A program made the translations under genes and the position numbers. This document shows, one piece after another, positions 13,201-28,200 of a stretch of DNA of 64,000 nucleotides. Under the pieces are notes generated by a model. The model saw only the letters and a list, made by a program, of their open reading frames with translations. It was not told where the DNA came from and searched no databases. The first letter of the stretch is position 1. Every line of letters begins with the position of its first letter. Source of the stretch: Antedon mediterranea (taxonomy: Eukaryota > Animalia > Echinodermata); assembly GCF_964355755.1 (NCBI RefSeq), contig NC_092676.1, positions 15,642,871 to 15,706,870 of the forward strand. The letters are read 5' to 3'.

Positions 13201-16200
13201 CCATAATGGTGCTTTTCCCTCTGTCGCTCGTTTGTCTATCGTCAAAATTGACAAAATGCTTATGTCAGAATTATCCATTATTGAGTATGTGCAGAATTGG
13301 GTTTAATGGCTATTGGTTGCAAATGAAAATAACTTTACAACAAAACTTAATTACCAAGCACAACAACATCTTTTCCTTCATGTGACTTTAAGACATCTTT
13401 CTGATTGTTTTCCAATAATTCAGTTATGGCCGGAATAAGATAACGTCTCTGAATTCTGTAATACTGTATGTGTGGTATTTACAATTTTCAGTTTCAAAAA
13501 CTTTGCAAACAGAGCAATTTTTACATAATTGTTCCCTGAAGCCAGCACTGCAGTTGATGTCATTAAATCTCCTCCATGTAGGTTGTTTTTTACTATTGGT
13601 TGCGAACACTAATTGTTGTTGAGGTGACCACTTCTTAAAAATCTTTAAAATGTAAATTAGCAAATGATGAAATGTATTTAATAACAATGATAAGTAAAAT
13701 GCAAGATAAATGTTTAATAAGGCAAGTCTCGTCGTGTTTAACAAATATTTTGAATGGAGCATTATGTCGCAGGCTATCCCTTTAACACCATGGCTATTAG
13801 AAGGGCATCACAGGGTGTTTCCTTAGCTCTTTTTAGTGAAGAGTTGCACTACTTTTGACTTGCTAGCAAACAAATTCAGTTCTCAAAATAGATAAAGCTT
13901 TCCTACCGTCGTCTGTTGCATTGTTAATCACAGCCACAGCCCTCTGGGAGACCAGTCTTTGACTGAAGAGGTTACCCAGTATAAATATATATTTCAATCA
14001 ATCTAGCTCAGAATACTGTATGCCTTTTCATTTCTACCATTATCTTCGTCAGTGGCTTGCTTCGGCTGTGCAAACGTTATCCTGTTTTTCAGTGGCGGTT
14101 TCAGCGTGTTGAGGTACTCGACTAAAATTAGCACCCTAAGAATTACTTCCTTATCGTATGCGGGTATTTCTTAAGATGGACATCCATTAGACAGTGTATG
14201 CCACGATCAGAAAAGATCCCTATTTGGGGCAAATCGTTGAACCCAAATTCGTTTTAATTGTCAATAACTAATTATCTAACTCAATTTAATTAGTAAACAG
14301 GGTTACATCAGGTGGTTAAAATCAGTACCGAAAGTACGAACCAACTTTATATACCATCGAGTAAAAATTCTAGAATTTTGTCCTTACGTAAATTTATAGA
14401 TAAGAAAGTGTTATTCTCATGATCATCTAATTATCTAATGTATTTAATATAATTATACCCATTATCAATAATACATTTTTATATTGTAATACTGATCACA
14501 TTATCTACATAGTAAATACTATTGAGTATACTTTAATTAAGCAACAATAAACTATGTTAAAATAATTAGAATGTGTTATTAAACACAATTTGTATAACAA
14601 ATAATAATGACAATGCATATAAGCTAATAATCGTAAACATTTATTTTTCATATACATTTTGATTTTTTTTAATAGTCTTTCAGGGACATTATCTACATAG
14701 TAAATGCTGTTGAGCTTTCATTAATTAGGCAAAAATTCTCATGAGCACAATTTCTTAATGTATTTAATAGTTAAATCTTTTTAAATGAATGTTAAAATAA
14801 TAATATGCATAATATTCATTGTTATAAATTATTTTATTATCATATTAAAAAAAAAAATAATAAACAAAGAAATTGATATGATCAAAATACTTACAGGTGT
14901 ATTAGTGCTGTCAAACTATCAAATACATTTGCTGGAAATGTACTTATTTGGTTAACAGCCAAATCCCTTTAAAGTAAAAACAATGTACAGTAACACTGTA
15001 TACATTTTGAAATTATATGTCTTTCAGCCAATGAGACATTATCTACATAGTAAATGCTAATGAGTATACTTTAATTAGTATAAATAAACTATGTTAAAAT
15101 GTCTGATAAAATCTGTATATTTGTTATCATGTTAATGTATTTATTCTTTTAACATTCATTTAAAGAGATTAAACTTTTAAATTATTATTAATAATTATTA
15201 TTATTAGATTAATTAAGTTTTATTTTCATGAACACCATTTCTATAGCAAATTCTAAATAAATACGTATTTAATAATTATATTAATTAAATCTTTTTAATT
15301 AATGACAAGTTAACACTTATTACATTATGAAATGATAAATTGCATAATGTTCACTTTTATAAATAATTTTTTTATTTATTTAAAAAAAAAAATTAAACAT
15401 AGAAATAAATAATTGCAAAATCTCAAGGCAGCGTTGGACGACAACAAAGGCAAAAAGTCATATATAAAAATACATTTTCTTACCTGTAATATACAATCAA
15501 ACAATATACAATCATTTTCAAAATTTTCCTTCATTAAAATTCATTTTTGACTGAATATCTTTTAATAAAACAATTAAAATCAGAAAAATAAAAAACCAGA
15601 CTATGAGAAGAAGGAAAGCCCATGAAAAGGAAATGAATTATACAATAGTGAAAAAGTACAACACTTAACTTTTGATGGAGTATAGGCCTATATAAGTATA
15701 TTTATTATTATTATTATCAACATTATTAATATCTTATTATGTTCTTGTTAATACAGTACTGTATTATTATTATGAACGTTAATCATGGTTTGTAATTTAT
15801 TTACAGTGGTACTATTTTTATTATTTATTTATATTTCCTAATTATGTTTATACCTTAGTCTTATTTTTAGTATTTTATTAACATTTTCATCTTAGAACAA
15901 TCATGATTTATGTTTTGAGAGTTATAATGAATATAAATTTTTTAAGAAACCTCCATGTAACAGTTAAGTGTTGTTTACAGTGATAAAATAATTAATAATA
16001 TGAGAGGCCTAAAATAAACCAAACTTACTGTAGCATTTGTAAAAATTCAAAGTATGAAGTTGAACATAAGAAAATAAACATTTAAAATCAACGGATGCTT
16101 TCGAGCTCTCTCCTCTTATTCTTATACCTCCCTGGTCAAAATAGTAATAGATTTTTGTATTACACAATAAATGTTGTTGACAACTGGATGTTGCTAGGTG

Positions 16201-19200
16201 TCATAGCTCTAGGAAGTGCCTTCCCAACCAGAGCTGGAATCTCTTTTGAATGGGCCATACACAGACCTGTTGAGTGGCTGTAGCTTGTGTGAGCAATGTG
16301 GTGGGAATGAAAGCATTACTATCCCATTTAATTTTGCATAGTTTAGTACCTCAATGCTAATATGGGAACCATGATTGTCCAGAAGTGATAACACCTTGTT
16401 TGAGAACATTATATTTCTAAAAATTATTTTCCTATCGTATAATAATCTCCGATTGGGCAATATGTACCGGCTTGGTAGCTGGTCGATCGCCGAACATGGC
16501 GTATATTACTTCAAAATATGGCCATTCTGTTGTACCATGTCCTGATTTCCCTTGCTTGTCTTTTGCCTCGGTATACAGCCTTTTGAGATGTTTGCATTTA
16601 TTCTTCTTTTGTGGTACATCATACACAAACCCCATCCTGTCAACTGGGCCTTGATTTGCCCGTACACAGCATTGTTTCTCTTTGTACTGTCGAGACCTTC
16701 TTGAACCTTGGCGTTCCCCCAAATGCTTATTAAAGCACTGGTGGCGGCTACGGTCCAAACCATGCTCAGGCGCTCTTATTATAACTTGGTATATTGGCTC
16801 CCGGTATTAATAAAACGGCAGAAAGCGATAAAATAAAAACAGTACAACAGCTAAACATGCGAGGGGAGAGACGATGCATACTCATTATTGCACCAATTTG
16901 CATATATGTGCATCTGTAACGTATTCAATCCTCAAGAAATTTTGGTCTTGAAAACCGACTTTTTCCATTGCTGCACTGCTCTTACCACCGGTTTCACGCT
17001 TGTCCAGGGTTATAATTGACAGAATGCTTTTGTCTGCATTATTCATCATGGTGTAGGTAAAGAATTGTGCAGAATGCCATCTCCTAAATATAAACTGTTA
17101 GTAAATTTATTAGATTTTACAAATTATACCATTTAACCCTCCATATATTGGAATTTAGTGTATATTACAAAACCTACCAAGCAAAACCTCCTTTCCTTCA
17201 TGACTTTTTAGAATATCCTTCTGTGTCATCCCACAATTTGTTTACAGCTGGAACAAGATAGCGTAAATTAATGCAAAAAACACACATTCATTAACATTAA
17301 CCTATTTTTCCATAATGGTGCTTTTCCCTCGGTCGCACGTTTATAGTCTAATGTCAAAATTGACAAAATGCTTATGTCAGAATTATCTATTATTGTGTAT
17401 GTACAGGATTGGGTTTAATGACCAGAGCTGTCCATCTTACCATCTACTGTAAAAGATGTATTAGTATTCATTAAGCTTTCTACTTGGCATAAACAAAACA
17501 AATTATATTATTTCAAAAGTGCACTGCCAAAAATTAAATAGAAATAACTTTTCAACAAAACTTACCAAGTACAACAACATCTTTTCCTTTATGTGACTTT
17601 TTTCTGATTGTTATCCAATAATTCAGTGATGGCTGGAACAAGATAACGTCTCTGAATTCTGTAATAGGTGTGGTATTTACAATTTTCAGTTTCAAAAACT
17701 TTGCAAATAGAGCAATTTTTGCATAATTGTTCCCTGAAGCCAGCACTGCAGTTGTGATGTCATTAAATCTCCTCCATGTAGGTTGTGTTTCACTATTGGT
17801 TGTGAACACTATTTGTTGTTGAGGTGACCACTTCTTAAAAGTCTTTAAAATGTAAATTAGCAAATGATTAATGGAAATTAATAACAATGATAAATAAAAT
17901 GCAAGATAAATGTTTAATAAGGCAAGTCTTAAGTTTTCACTTTTTGATATCTGAAAATAAATCTACTACATGAAATAATGTCAAGAGTTATATTTAACCG
18001 GTAAACGTTTGTCAAACAAATAGTTTTCGGTTGGCTATTTTTTACTTTAAATTTAAATTTTCAGGGGGTGTTTCTTGTGTATTAACAAATATTTTTAATG
18101 GAGCGTATACAATCCCTTCAACACCATGGCTATTAGAAGGGCATTACTGGGTGTTTCCTTAGCTCTTTGTAGTGAAGTTGGTTATCTTTTCAACTCCAGT
18201 TATGAAGGATTTGGAATCCTCCTCACCCATTTTGATCAACTTAGAATACTGTATGCCTTTTTAACTTCTACCATTATCTTCGTCAGTGGCTCCGGCTGTG
18301 CAAACATTATTATGTTTTTCAGTGGCGGTTTCAGCGTGTTGAGGTATCCTGAATTTGACTTCCCAAAGTTTTTACAAGTCTTACTTTTAAGGATATAAAT
18401 TGGGTACATCTCTTTTACCATGATATCATAGTTTTCTCACTCTTCGGGGGTAATGCCCTTGTATCCATGAGGCCCTAAATGTAGCACCAAAAGATTTCAG
18501 ACATGCATCTGAGTGAAAGTGTAAAGCTCGGTTATCATGCGTTATGTGTCGGTCTATCAGTGTATCACTTTGTGTGTTCTCTAGCAATGCGGAAGTGACG
18601 GTCGTACAATTGCCATGAAGTCAGATATTGTTTTTGAGGCTTTGGATGAATTTCAGATAGGTAAATAATTCTTGCAGATCTTGAGGGTGGGCGGACAGGT
18701 ATATGGCTGCAAAGTTAAGGAAAGCTGTGAACCACTCCTGTTCATCTAACCCTGTCTTTTCAATTTAAGTTTAAGACCCCCATTGTATTGTATATTGAAC
18801 ATCATTGGTTGGTCACGGAGGCGAAGATCACACATTTCGGCAAACCTATGGGTCTGAATTTTATTCTTTATGGTTTCGGAAACAAGAGCTCCAGCCTTGA
18901 CCCCACCGGAATAGTGGAAAGGATTGAAAATAAGATTTCCTTCGGCCAGAAGGATAGGGATATTTTTACATAATGGCGGGGTACTATCGCTAATTGTATC
19001 AATTTCCTGGGGAATGCCCAGTTAGTACATCTCTTTAACCATGATATGATATCAGTTAGTTCGGAAATATTTCGTTCGATGATGTTAGTAATATCAACTG
19101 TCGACAATGGGTTACCGTTCAATTGTTGAACCTCGGCGAAAAGGTTTTTAACAATCGCCGTAAGTTCTGCCAGTTCCGTTGCCCCAGTTTTCTTGGCCTC

Positions 19201-22200
19201 TTCTTATCAGGTTTTTGCCTTCTTAGTGGATCTTGTCTTTGCCATTGCAGAACTGAAAGTAGAGTTTTGTTTTTTTTAAAAATAATTTTTGTAAAAAAAG
19301 GCAAGTTCCAGGTGAATTTCTGCTATAGATGCGGTAGATTATTTCCATCTCCGAATACCTTAAGAAGAATTTCTAGAATTTGATTGGGTTTTTTTTCCAC
19401 TTCTTTACCCCGTCCGTTGATCTCTTTTCTGGCATAACCAGCTAAGTTCTCTTTGATAAACGCAACTGCTGCTCCTGGTGACAAACATCTCATCTCAAGT
19501 TGGGCACGTACATCGGCCACCCAGTCCTCTACGTTCGGCTCGATTGCTTTCTTGGGCCTTCCTTGGAACAGTTCCAACTTTCTACCAGATGAAACATATA
19601 CCGCTTTGGCTTTACCTGCCTCTGCCTCTGCCTCTTTCCGCTTCACCTTGTCTTTGGCCTCATTAGGATCCAGCTGAGCTGTTTTAGACTTCTCTTGTTC
19701 CGTTGCAAGAGCACTCCTGAGAGCTTCAATTTCTTTTTGTAACGCTTCAAGTTTCATACTGTATGTTTATGCGGGTAAAATAATGTTATACGACAACTTA
19801 TATATTAACAAAACAAATAAAAATATATGATAAATATATAAGTATATGATTAAAAAAACTTTGGTCTTGACTTCCAGCACTGGCGTTGACTCCTCTTCAC
19901 TGCAAACGGTCCACGTCGATTCAGTTCACATTGTTTCAGTTCAGTATTCCGAGAAATCGTCCAGCGGTCAGTTCTGTCTATCCGAAGGTGGTACAGGGTC
20001 AAAGTTGGGGGTTTGTTTTGGGTTGGATACTATACTAGTGTTAAAACATTAATGTACCTGCAATGCTCTCTGGTATACAATAGCAGAATACACTAGGATA
20101 GTCGTTCATCAAAGCCAGGTCTCATTAACCATACACCTGATAAATAAACACATCCAATAATTTCTAGTACAATAATATAAAAAAACTCATTCGTCTTGTC
20201 ATCTAAATACTATTATTACTATTAGCGATAGTTTGATTCACAAATGCATAAAAAGATAGGCCTAGTAACTGATCATCTTATTTGTTACCAAAACAATCAT
20301 CAACAAACCGCACTAAAACCACATTATTATCTTAAGAACCAGACAATAATTATATCGTTATACAAAGTCAATATAAAACACATCATAAACATCTAAATAC
20401 TGAATGTGCTCAACGAACACCACCGGCTACGCCATTATTTTGCACTGCAATGTCCTTATGGCTGCATCTCCCACGTATGCACACTGGAGTCCAAACTCTT
20501 GAATATTGCTTAGTAAAAAGGTTAAAAGGTTTTAGCAAAGCAATTAAAAAATTTAAAAGGTCATATTAACGTCAGGAAACATAACTTGGACACGCTGCCA
20601 TATTCCAGCCTCGTAGTCTGACACTACCTACACAACATTCCATTTCCGCAACATTCCGCAAACTGATTGCAATACGGCAGTGTAGTCATGTGCTCTCTTC
20701 CAGGACATAACAGCAAACATCAGGTGGACTTATTTTATTGATGTACTCAGCTAGAGAAATGTATACTTAACATTTGGTAAAATGGTGTCCTCTTTCTTTC
20801 TTTTCTTTCATTTATTTGGCATCTCAATAAATAACATTAAAAATACATCAATAATATATAAAATCACCTTAAATATTAATATACATGTACATCAAAAAAG
20901 CAAATAAAAATGGCGGGATTAATGAAGTCTGACGATGCACGGGAAAACACATAAAGTCGTTTAAAGTAAAACAACTTAATTCCAATGTGGTCCCTAAAAA
21001 GATAGTAATTATAATTTTAACAAAACAAACATTATAAGACGGGGTTCATAAATATATAAGCATATAAGCAAAACATCTGATATAATGGCACAATAATAAT
21101 TTATCTATGTTTAATTTTGTAATATTGTTTCAATTCAGTTTTAAATTTAGATGTGTTGGAAATTTGTTTAATATAGTCAGGAAGGTTATTCCATTCTCTG
21201 ATTGCATTAAAATAGAACGTATTACATTCTATGCCTTGGACTTTAGGTACAACAAAATTGAGTTTACTACCACGAGTGAAGTGACCATGTAAGTTATTAA
21301 CTCTACGAAAGTTTTCGTTTAGGTATGAAGCACTTCTGCCCATAAATATTTTATGAACTTGGCTAATTTGCAAGAACTTTACTCGATATTTTACATTTAA
21401 CAATCCATAATCGTCTAATTGATCAGCACCTATATGTCTTCTGGGTTCAACTCCTTTTATGAGTCTAACCATTTTGTTTTGAGCAATTTGTAGTTTTCTT
21501 TGGATAGCTTTACTGGTTCCACAGAACCAAGAAGATGCAGCATAATCAAAAACACATTGGATGAGAGCAGAGCATAATAGTTTACGATTCTTACAACTTA
21601 GTATCTTACGTTGGCGGTACATAAACTTAAGCCTATTATTAATTTTCTTAATGGTTTTACATGCATATTCAGAACACGTTAAATTTTGATCTATTTCAAT
21701 ACCCAGATACTTGACACAATTACTAGTGTTGATATTGTTACCATTTGTTGAGACATTAAAATTGTTAACATTTTTAGTTTTTCTCTTAGAACCAAATAGT
21801 ATACACTCAGTTTTATCCAGGTTAATTGTTAACTTATTGTCTACAAGCCAATCACACAAGGAGTCTAGTGTTGACCCTAGCTTCTTAGAAATAATATCTG
21901 GATTTCTGTGTGAATAAACAATTGCACTGTCATCAGCGTATAGAAGGAGTTTACAATCAGGATCAATACAAGTTACCATGTCATTAACAAAACATAAGAA
22001 CAAAAGGGGTCCAAGGATACTTCCTTGAGGAACCCCGCATGTAACAGTACAAGATTGAGAGCAATGATCATCAACAGTTACTATTTGCTTTCTTATTGAT
22101 AATTAAGATTTGAACCATTCAATAGATCCAATACCCATTAATTTAAGCTTATTACATAAAATGTCATGATCTACAGTGTCAAATGCCTTCTTTAAATCGA

Positions 22201-25200
22201 CCAACACCATACCCGAGAAATTTCCCTTAGAAGTTTGGGTTTTAAGGGAATCAACTAAGTCTATCAAACATGTGTCAGTAGAGAAGGCAGCTCGAAATCC
22301 AGATTGATATTTATACAATACGTTGTTTTCAGTAAGGTATTTTTCGATTTGAATAAAAACAGCCTTCTCTAAAATTTTAGACATTGTACTGAGTATACTT
22401 ATAGGGCGATAGTTTCCAATATCGGTTCTACTACCTTTTTTATAAAGAGGTATGACCTTGGCCTTTTTCATGTCTTCTGGGACTGTACTGGTACTAATTG
22501 ATAAATTAATTATGTAGGTAATGGGAACTTTTAGAATTTCAGCCCCATCTTTTATGAAGCGGGGAGGTATCTTATCGACACCCGTGCTTTTTGTCGCATT
22601 AAGTTTGTTTAATTCACTATACTGTATATAAAGTCTTCGTCCACTGAGTTGAGCATAAAGTTATTGCCACTAACGGTTCTATAGAAATCCTTAAGTTTGG
22701 ACGACGTACAGTCATACACATTCTTAGGGGATGGAAGTTTACTGACCAAATTGGCTGCAATAGTAGTAAAATATTCGTTGAAGCAAGAAGCAATTTTGGC
22801 TGGGTCGAAACATTTAGTACCATTGGGCAGGTCAATAACCGTTTTAGCACTATCCTTAGATGTATTACTATAGCCTAGACCTTTAAACATTTTCCATAAT
22901 TTTTTAGGGTTATTTTTATTTTCTTCAGCCTTGTTTAACAAATGATTTGATTTAGCTTTATTTATATCACGCTGTATTTTATTTCTTAGTTTGCGAAATT
23001 GTATTAATAAGTCGGTATTATTCTTGTTTTTATTATACATATTTAATAATTTATCTCTGGTTTCAATGTCTTGTAATATTTCTCTAGTTAACCATGGTTC
23101 CGTTCTTTGTTTCATCCTAATGTTTTTAAGGGGGGCAATGGAATCAATAGCAGCCAAAAGTAATGCATTAAATTTATACAGAGCTTCATTTACATCTCCG
23201 ATAGAGGTAACTACTGACCAATCGATATCTATTAGTATGTTTCTAAATTGATCAACGGTATAGTTTTTTAGTGATCTGATATATACATTTTTATGTCCAT
23301 TGAACTTAAGTTTAATAGTTTTCCGTGTACAAAATGTCATTAAGTGATCGCTTAGACCTATTGCGATTGTACCCGATTGGCTTATCTTATTCTCATTATT
23401 ACATAATATATGATCGAGGCATGAAGCAACTGTAGGGCATATCCTAGTTGGTTCAGTTACTTTGTTACTTAAACTAAACATACTTAGAATTTGATTATAG
23501 CTATTCAATAAAGATGACTTTGTTAAAGTACATATATTAAAATCGCCAACAACAATTAATTCACTGTCCATTCCAATTTTAGATAACATATTTTCAAACA
23601 GAGTTAGAAAGTTCGTTTGCTTTGGTGGTCTGTAACATGTTCCAATTATAATGGGTTTGGTTTTAGGCAGGATCAGTTCAATCCAAAGTACTTCAGCTTC
23701 GTCGGATTCAATATCTGAACGCCGGTTAAACGCGATGTCATCCCTTATATACGTACATACGCCACCGCCTTTGCGGTCGCGATCTCTTCGTAGAACTGAG
23801 TAACCTTCAATTTTAATTTCGTTGTCAGATACCGAATCATCAATCCATGTTTCGCTAATGGAGATAATGCCAGCTTTACTTTTATATGCAATATCGCGCA
23901 GTTCCAGTAGTTTGGGGATCATTGATCTTGTATTTAAGTGTAGAATGTGTATTCCTTTCTGTTTAAACCGCATGAAGTCTTCAGGAGCGACGTTATAATT
24001 AAATAATGGGGGTGGCGTTCTTAATCCTATGTCATCGTTATGATTTCCACAGGAATCAAATGGGAGATGTTTCCAGCTGCATTCCACGCATACATAATCA
24101 AATTCAGTATTGTTGTTTACAATGTACTTGTATCTTTTGGGCGTCATGAAACCATCAGTACACTTTATATGAGTCCACTTATTACACTCATCACACGATA
24201 TGGCTCTGCTTCTGGTAGTGACGCGCCGTTGACATTTACCACAACAATTGTTTGATACAGGTACATTCGCTGGTCCAGGATTGGATTCGATGTCACCACA
24301 CCATAGTAAGCAGATAATTAAAGTTCTACATGCAAGCTGTCTGGGGTTCCGATGAAGATTATAATCATAATGCGAGAATTTTTTGGTTGATGTAAATAGG
24401 TACGTATAACACTCACCGACTACATTCTGGAAATCTTTCGATGTATGGTTATCCAGATAAATTGAAGAAGGGCATAACTTATGAATGACTTGTTCATGTT
24501 CAGGATGATGGTGTGATCTTTTCAACACCATAACATATAGCGACAGCGCCAGAAAAATACCATTCATACTTCCCGCCATATGATGTATCCTTATACACAA
24601 ATAGAAAGAAAAAGTACACTCACCAATTGTGCTTGCCGAAAACAAAGGCCAGCACGTCCTTGCTCTGCAGCGGAATGTATCGAGTTATGCGGTAACAAAA
24701 TGACAATGTGTCCAGGTGGTCATGGAATGCAAGTGAATTCGCTTCGTCATTTGGTTGTTAAAAGTCAATAGCTAGATTCTTAGTTAGTACCCTTATCCAA
24801 TGTTCAGCAGGGTTACCAAAACGAAAAACATCACAGATAGGCCTACACAATCAATCGAAATACAGTTACAGAGTCCAAACTTTCACTGTAAAACTACCGG
24901 TATAATACAAACAATCAAAACTAAAAAAATAGCAGGTTAAGATTCGGTAAAACAGCAGGTTAAAATTCATAAAAAACAGCAGGTTAAAATGCAATAAAAG
25001 TTGTTCAGGTATAGCATAAAATAGCGTTAAAATTGTGATAGCGAATTAATTCCAGTCATAACTCAGGCCGGTTGCAATAGGTCATCGGCATCTACTGTAG
25101 TCCCCTTTTACAATCAATGGTGTAGGCGAGAATATTTGAGTTGAAAGCAACTATCGGGGCCTAGCGGAGCTCGCTCTTAACACGACCGTTCTGGACGAAG

Positions 25201-28200
25201 TAGGAATACCCACATGGTATCTACCTCACCAACTTCATACCTGTGAAAAAAACAATGTCATGCAAAATAAACAAACATAGTGTATAATAACATAATACAA
25301 AAATAGTAGTACAATATTAACCCTTTCATTAGCAGCATTAGTCCCACCTATTTGCATAATATTTAAGAGAAACATATGAATTTTTAATACATTGCAAAAA
25401 AATACTAAATGAGATCATTTTGTAATTATTTTTGTGGTGTGTGATGGGCAAATGGTTGGTCTACTGTCGGGTATAAAACTATTGATGACCTGCACTGTGT
25501 TTGGAAAATCACCATTTATTGAAAATCCCACATGGTATCTAGAGTATTGGCATGATGTGTTGATGTCGTCACGTACCTAGGCGTTGAACTGGGTGGTAAT
25601 CTTAAGATCCCACATGGTATCTAGATAGAAAGATAGATCTTGGCATGTGTTGATGTCGTCACGTACCTAGGCATTGAACTGGGTGGTAATCATGTCAGGA
25701 ATAGAATAAGTAAATGTCGGAGAGCTTTCTATTCATTGCAAGGAACTGGTATGTGTAAATATGGTTCGTCTACAGATGTAAAACTACATGTCTGGAAAAC
25801 AGTCCTGATACCAACTCTAACGTATGGCCTACAATGTGTAAATCTGAGCAAGAATGTATATTCTTGAATTCGAAAAAATGCAACGTAATTTAATTAAATT
25901 TGGGTTTACCTAAATTCTGTAGAAACACTCTCTCCTTTGTCTAACATTATTAAATGTAACCAAGTGAATTTACTAAACCAGATATTTATTAGTGATTCCA
26001 AATCTTGTTCAATGTAGTTTGATTCCAAATCTTGTTCAATCTGTAGTTAAATCGTCTATGCCTTTGATTTACATTATGCTCCGGGAAACATTTCGTCAGC
26101 CATGATAACAGTGGATAGGCTGAGTCGCCAATAATGAAAACTGGCACTTCAACACCATCAAATTGCACACCCAACTACAAAAGAAAAAGTGCTGATACTT
26201 GACTTCTGAAAAAATAAGAGCAATTAAAGTCATGATTTCATTTTCTTGATTTGTTGTATGTACATACCCTTGGAAAAAGTGTACCATTTTGACCTCTTCG
26301 ATACACAGAAGAGTTCCAGAAAACATGTGCATCATGCACTTTGCCAGACCACCCAACATTGATGTCTGTGAATCTAGAAACAGCAATAATAACATAAAAA
26401 ATAGTTATTTTGAATTGAAAATGTAGCTTAAAAAGTTAGTGCACAAATAATGTACTTTTTGTTCAGTTTATTTGTGTATGTACCTCAACTTGTGATCTAC
26501 AACTGTCTGTAGTATTATTGAATATCGCCCTTTGCGATTATAATAATCTGCTAGTTAAAAACTAGGGGCTTTCATTGGTATATGTGAACCGTCAATGGCT
26601 CCTGCACATTGCGGAAAAGAATGGTGATAGGTAAATCCTTCAATTGTTGACCTCATTCACTCTCCTCTTGGCCAAACAATATAGTCCTTAAACATTGTTT
26701 CGTTAATGACCTGACAAACTTCATGCTTGCATCTATATACTGTTGATCGCTGAATGCCAAGCAGATTCCCAATGGTGCGGTATTCACAAGGTGTGCCAAC
26801 AATTTTTTCCATATGCATTGCATTCCCGAAGTTTGAAGCATTTCTTTCCAGGTGAGGTCGAAGTCTATTGCGTAACAAATGAAATGTACTGTACCTAGAA
26901 ATAATCGCATACTCGACATTATAGTCACATACAGAGAGTATTTCTTTATCCTTGCCACCAGCAATTTACATTTATTAAATACAATTACAACATTTCTATT
27001 TAATTAATTAAATTAGTTTTGTTTGATATAATGTCTAATTAATAAGAATCGTTAATTAAAGTTGATCAACAAAATAGAGATGGATCGATCATTTAGGCCT
27101 ATATTTATAAAATATGCCTACCATGGTACCATTACACACAAACTAGGCCTAGTATATTATTAGTAGTACAACTTCTAGGTAGGCTACCTAATAATAATCA
27201 TTTAATAATTATGTATAGGCCTAGCCTACATAACAAATAGTACCTTCAGACATTCGAAAGTTATCTCTTCACAATTGGTCTGTATAACTTTGACAAACGG
27301 TTACATTTCACCAGTCCACTGACACAATATTTGCTCTAGGCCTGTGTAGCCGTCTCCTCCTAGGCCTATCATCGGCTCCTTTTTATGCGACGACAACTCA
27401 ACAAACTACATACATTTTGATCATTCTCGACAAAATAGTTATCAATTAAATGTGCATGATCTTGTTGGTTAATTATTAACCACAGAAAAGACAGAAGTAA
27501 TACTATTTCTTGTAGACCTGGAGAAACATGTTCGGTGATATCACACAACTGCATCTGACATGTTTTAACTACTGCTTTATAAAACATTACGTTGGTTGCT
27601 ACTCTATTTGGTGATGTTAAAACCTCTTGAGAGCAAAGTGATCAGACTTTCTTGGTAAATGCTTCTTCTTGTGTAGCAACCGATTTGAATCAAGGTAAAA
27701 AAAAAAACTTTCAACAGTTGTTCAGAAAAGTCCCATGAACAGGGCAGCACAGTCAAAAACTACACATATCTTTCCCTGTTTCTGTGGCTTGGTTCATTGA
27801 AGTCCTGATTTGCATATTTTTTTAATTGCTCTTCAAGATTTGACTTTGATTAACACGTTCATCATTTCTCAATTCTGTATGTCTTACTGGTCCGTTCACA
27901 GTCCAGCGTAGGAACTATCTCCTTGAGTGTTTATAAATAACTTCATATAGTTTCATTGCTTTCGTTTATTCTGTTCCTCAATAATCAATAGTATTAGACT
28001 CTCGCGTTTTCACGATATCAATCACATACAGTATACGCCGATTGAAAAACGTTTTATCTTAAATTTGGTGATTTTGTCCACCATAACAAGGTTTGTTTAT
28101 CAATGAAGGTTCTCAGTTAGCAAATGAGTTTGAGGTGATATTAGATACACTTATTGACCTTTGTTTAAAGGTATAAGTAAATGTAGCACCAACAGTTGTG

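Noticed and set aside
13424-17887. Duplicated 112-aa and 111-aa ORFs as a gene pair
   Set aside because: The copies differ by frame-changing indels and show no domain or splice structure; they are a non-coding repeat.
20780-25210. Target-site duplication for the large LINE
   Set aside because: No convincing direct repeat found by eye, so the 5' boundary is approximate.
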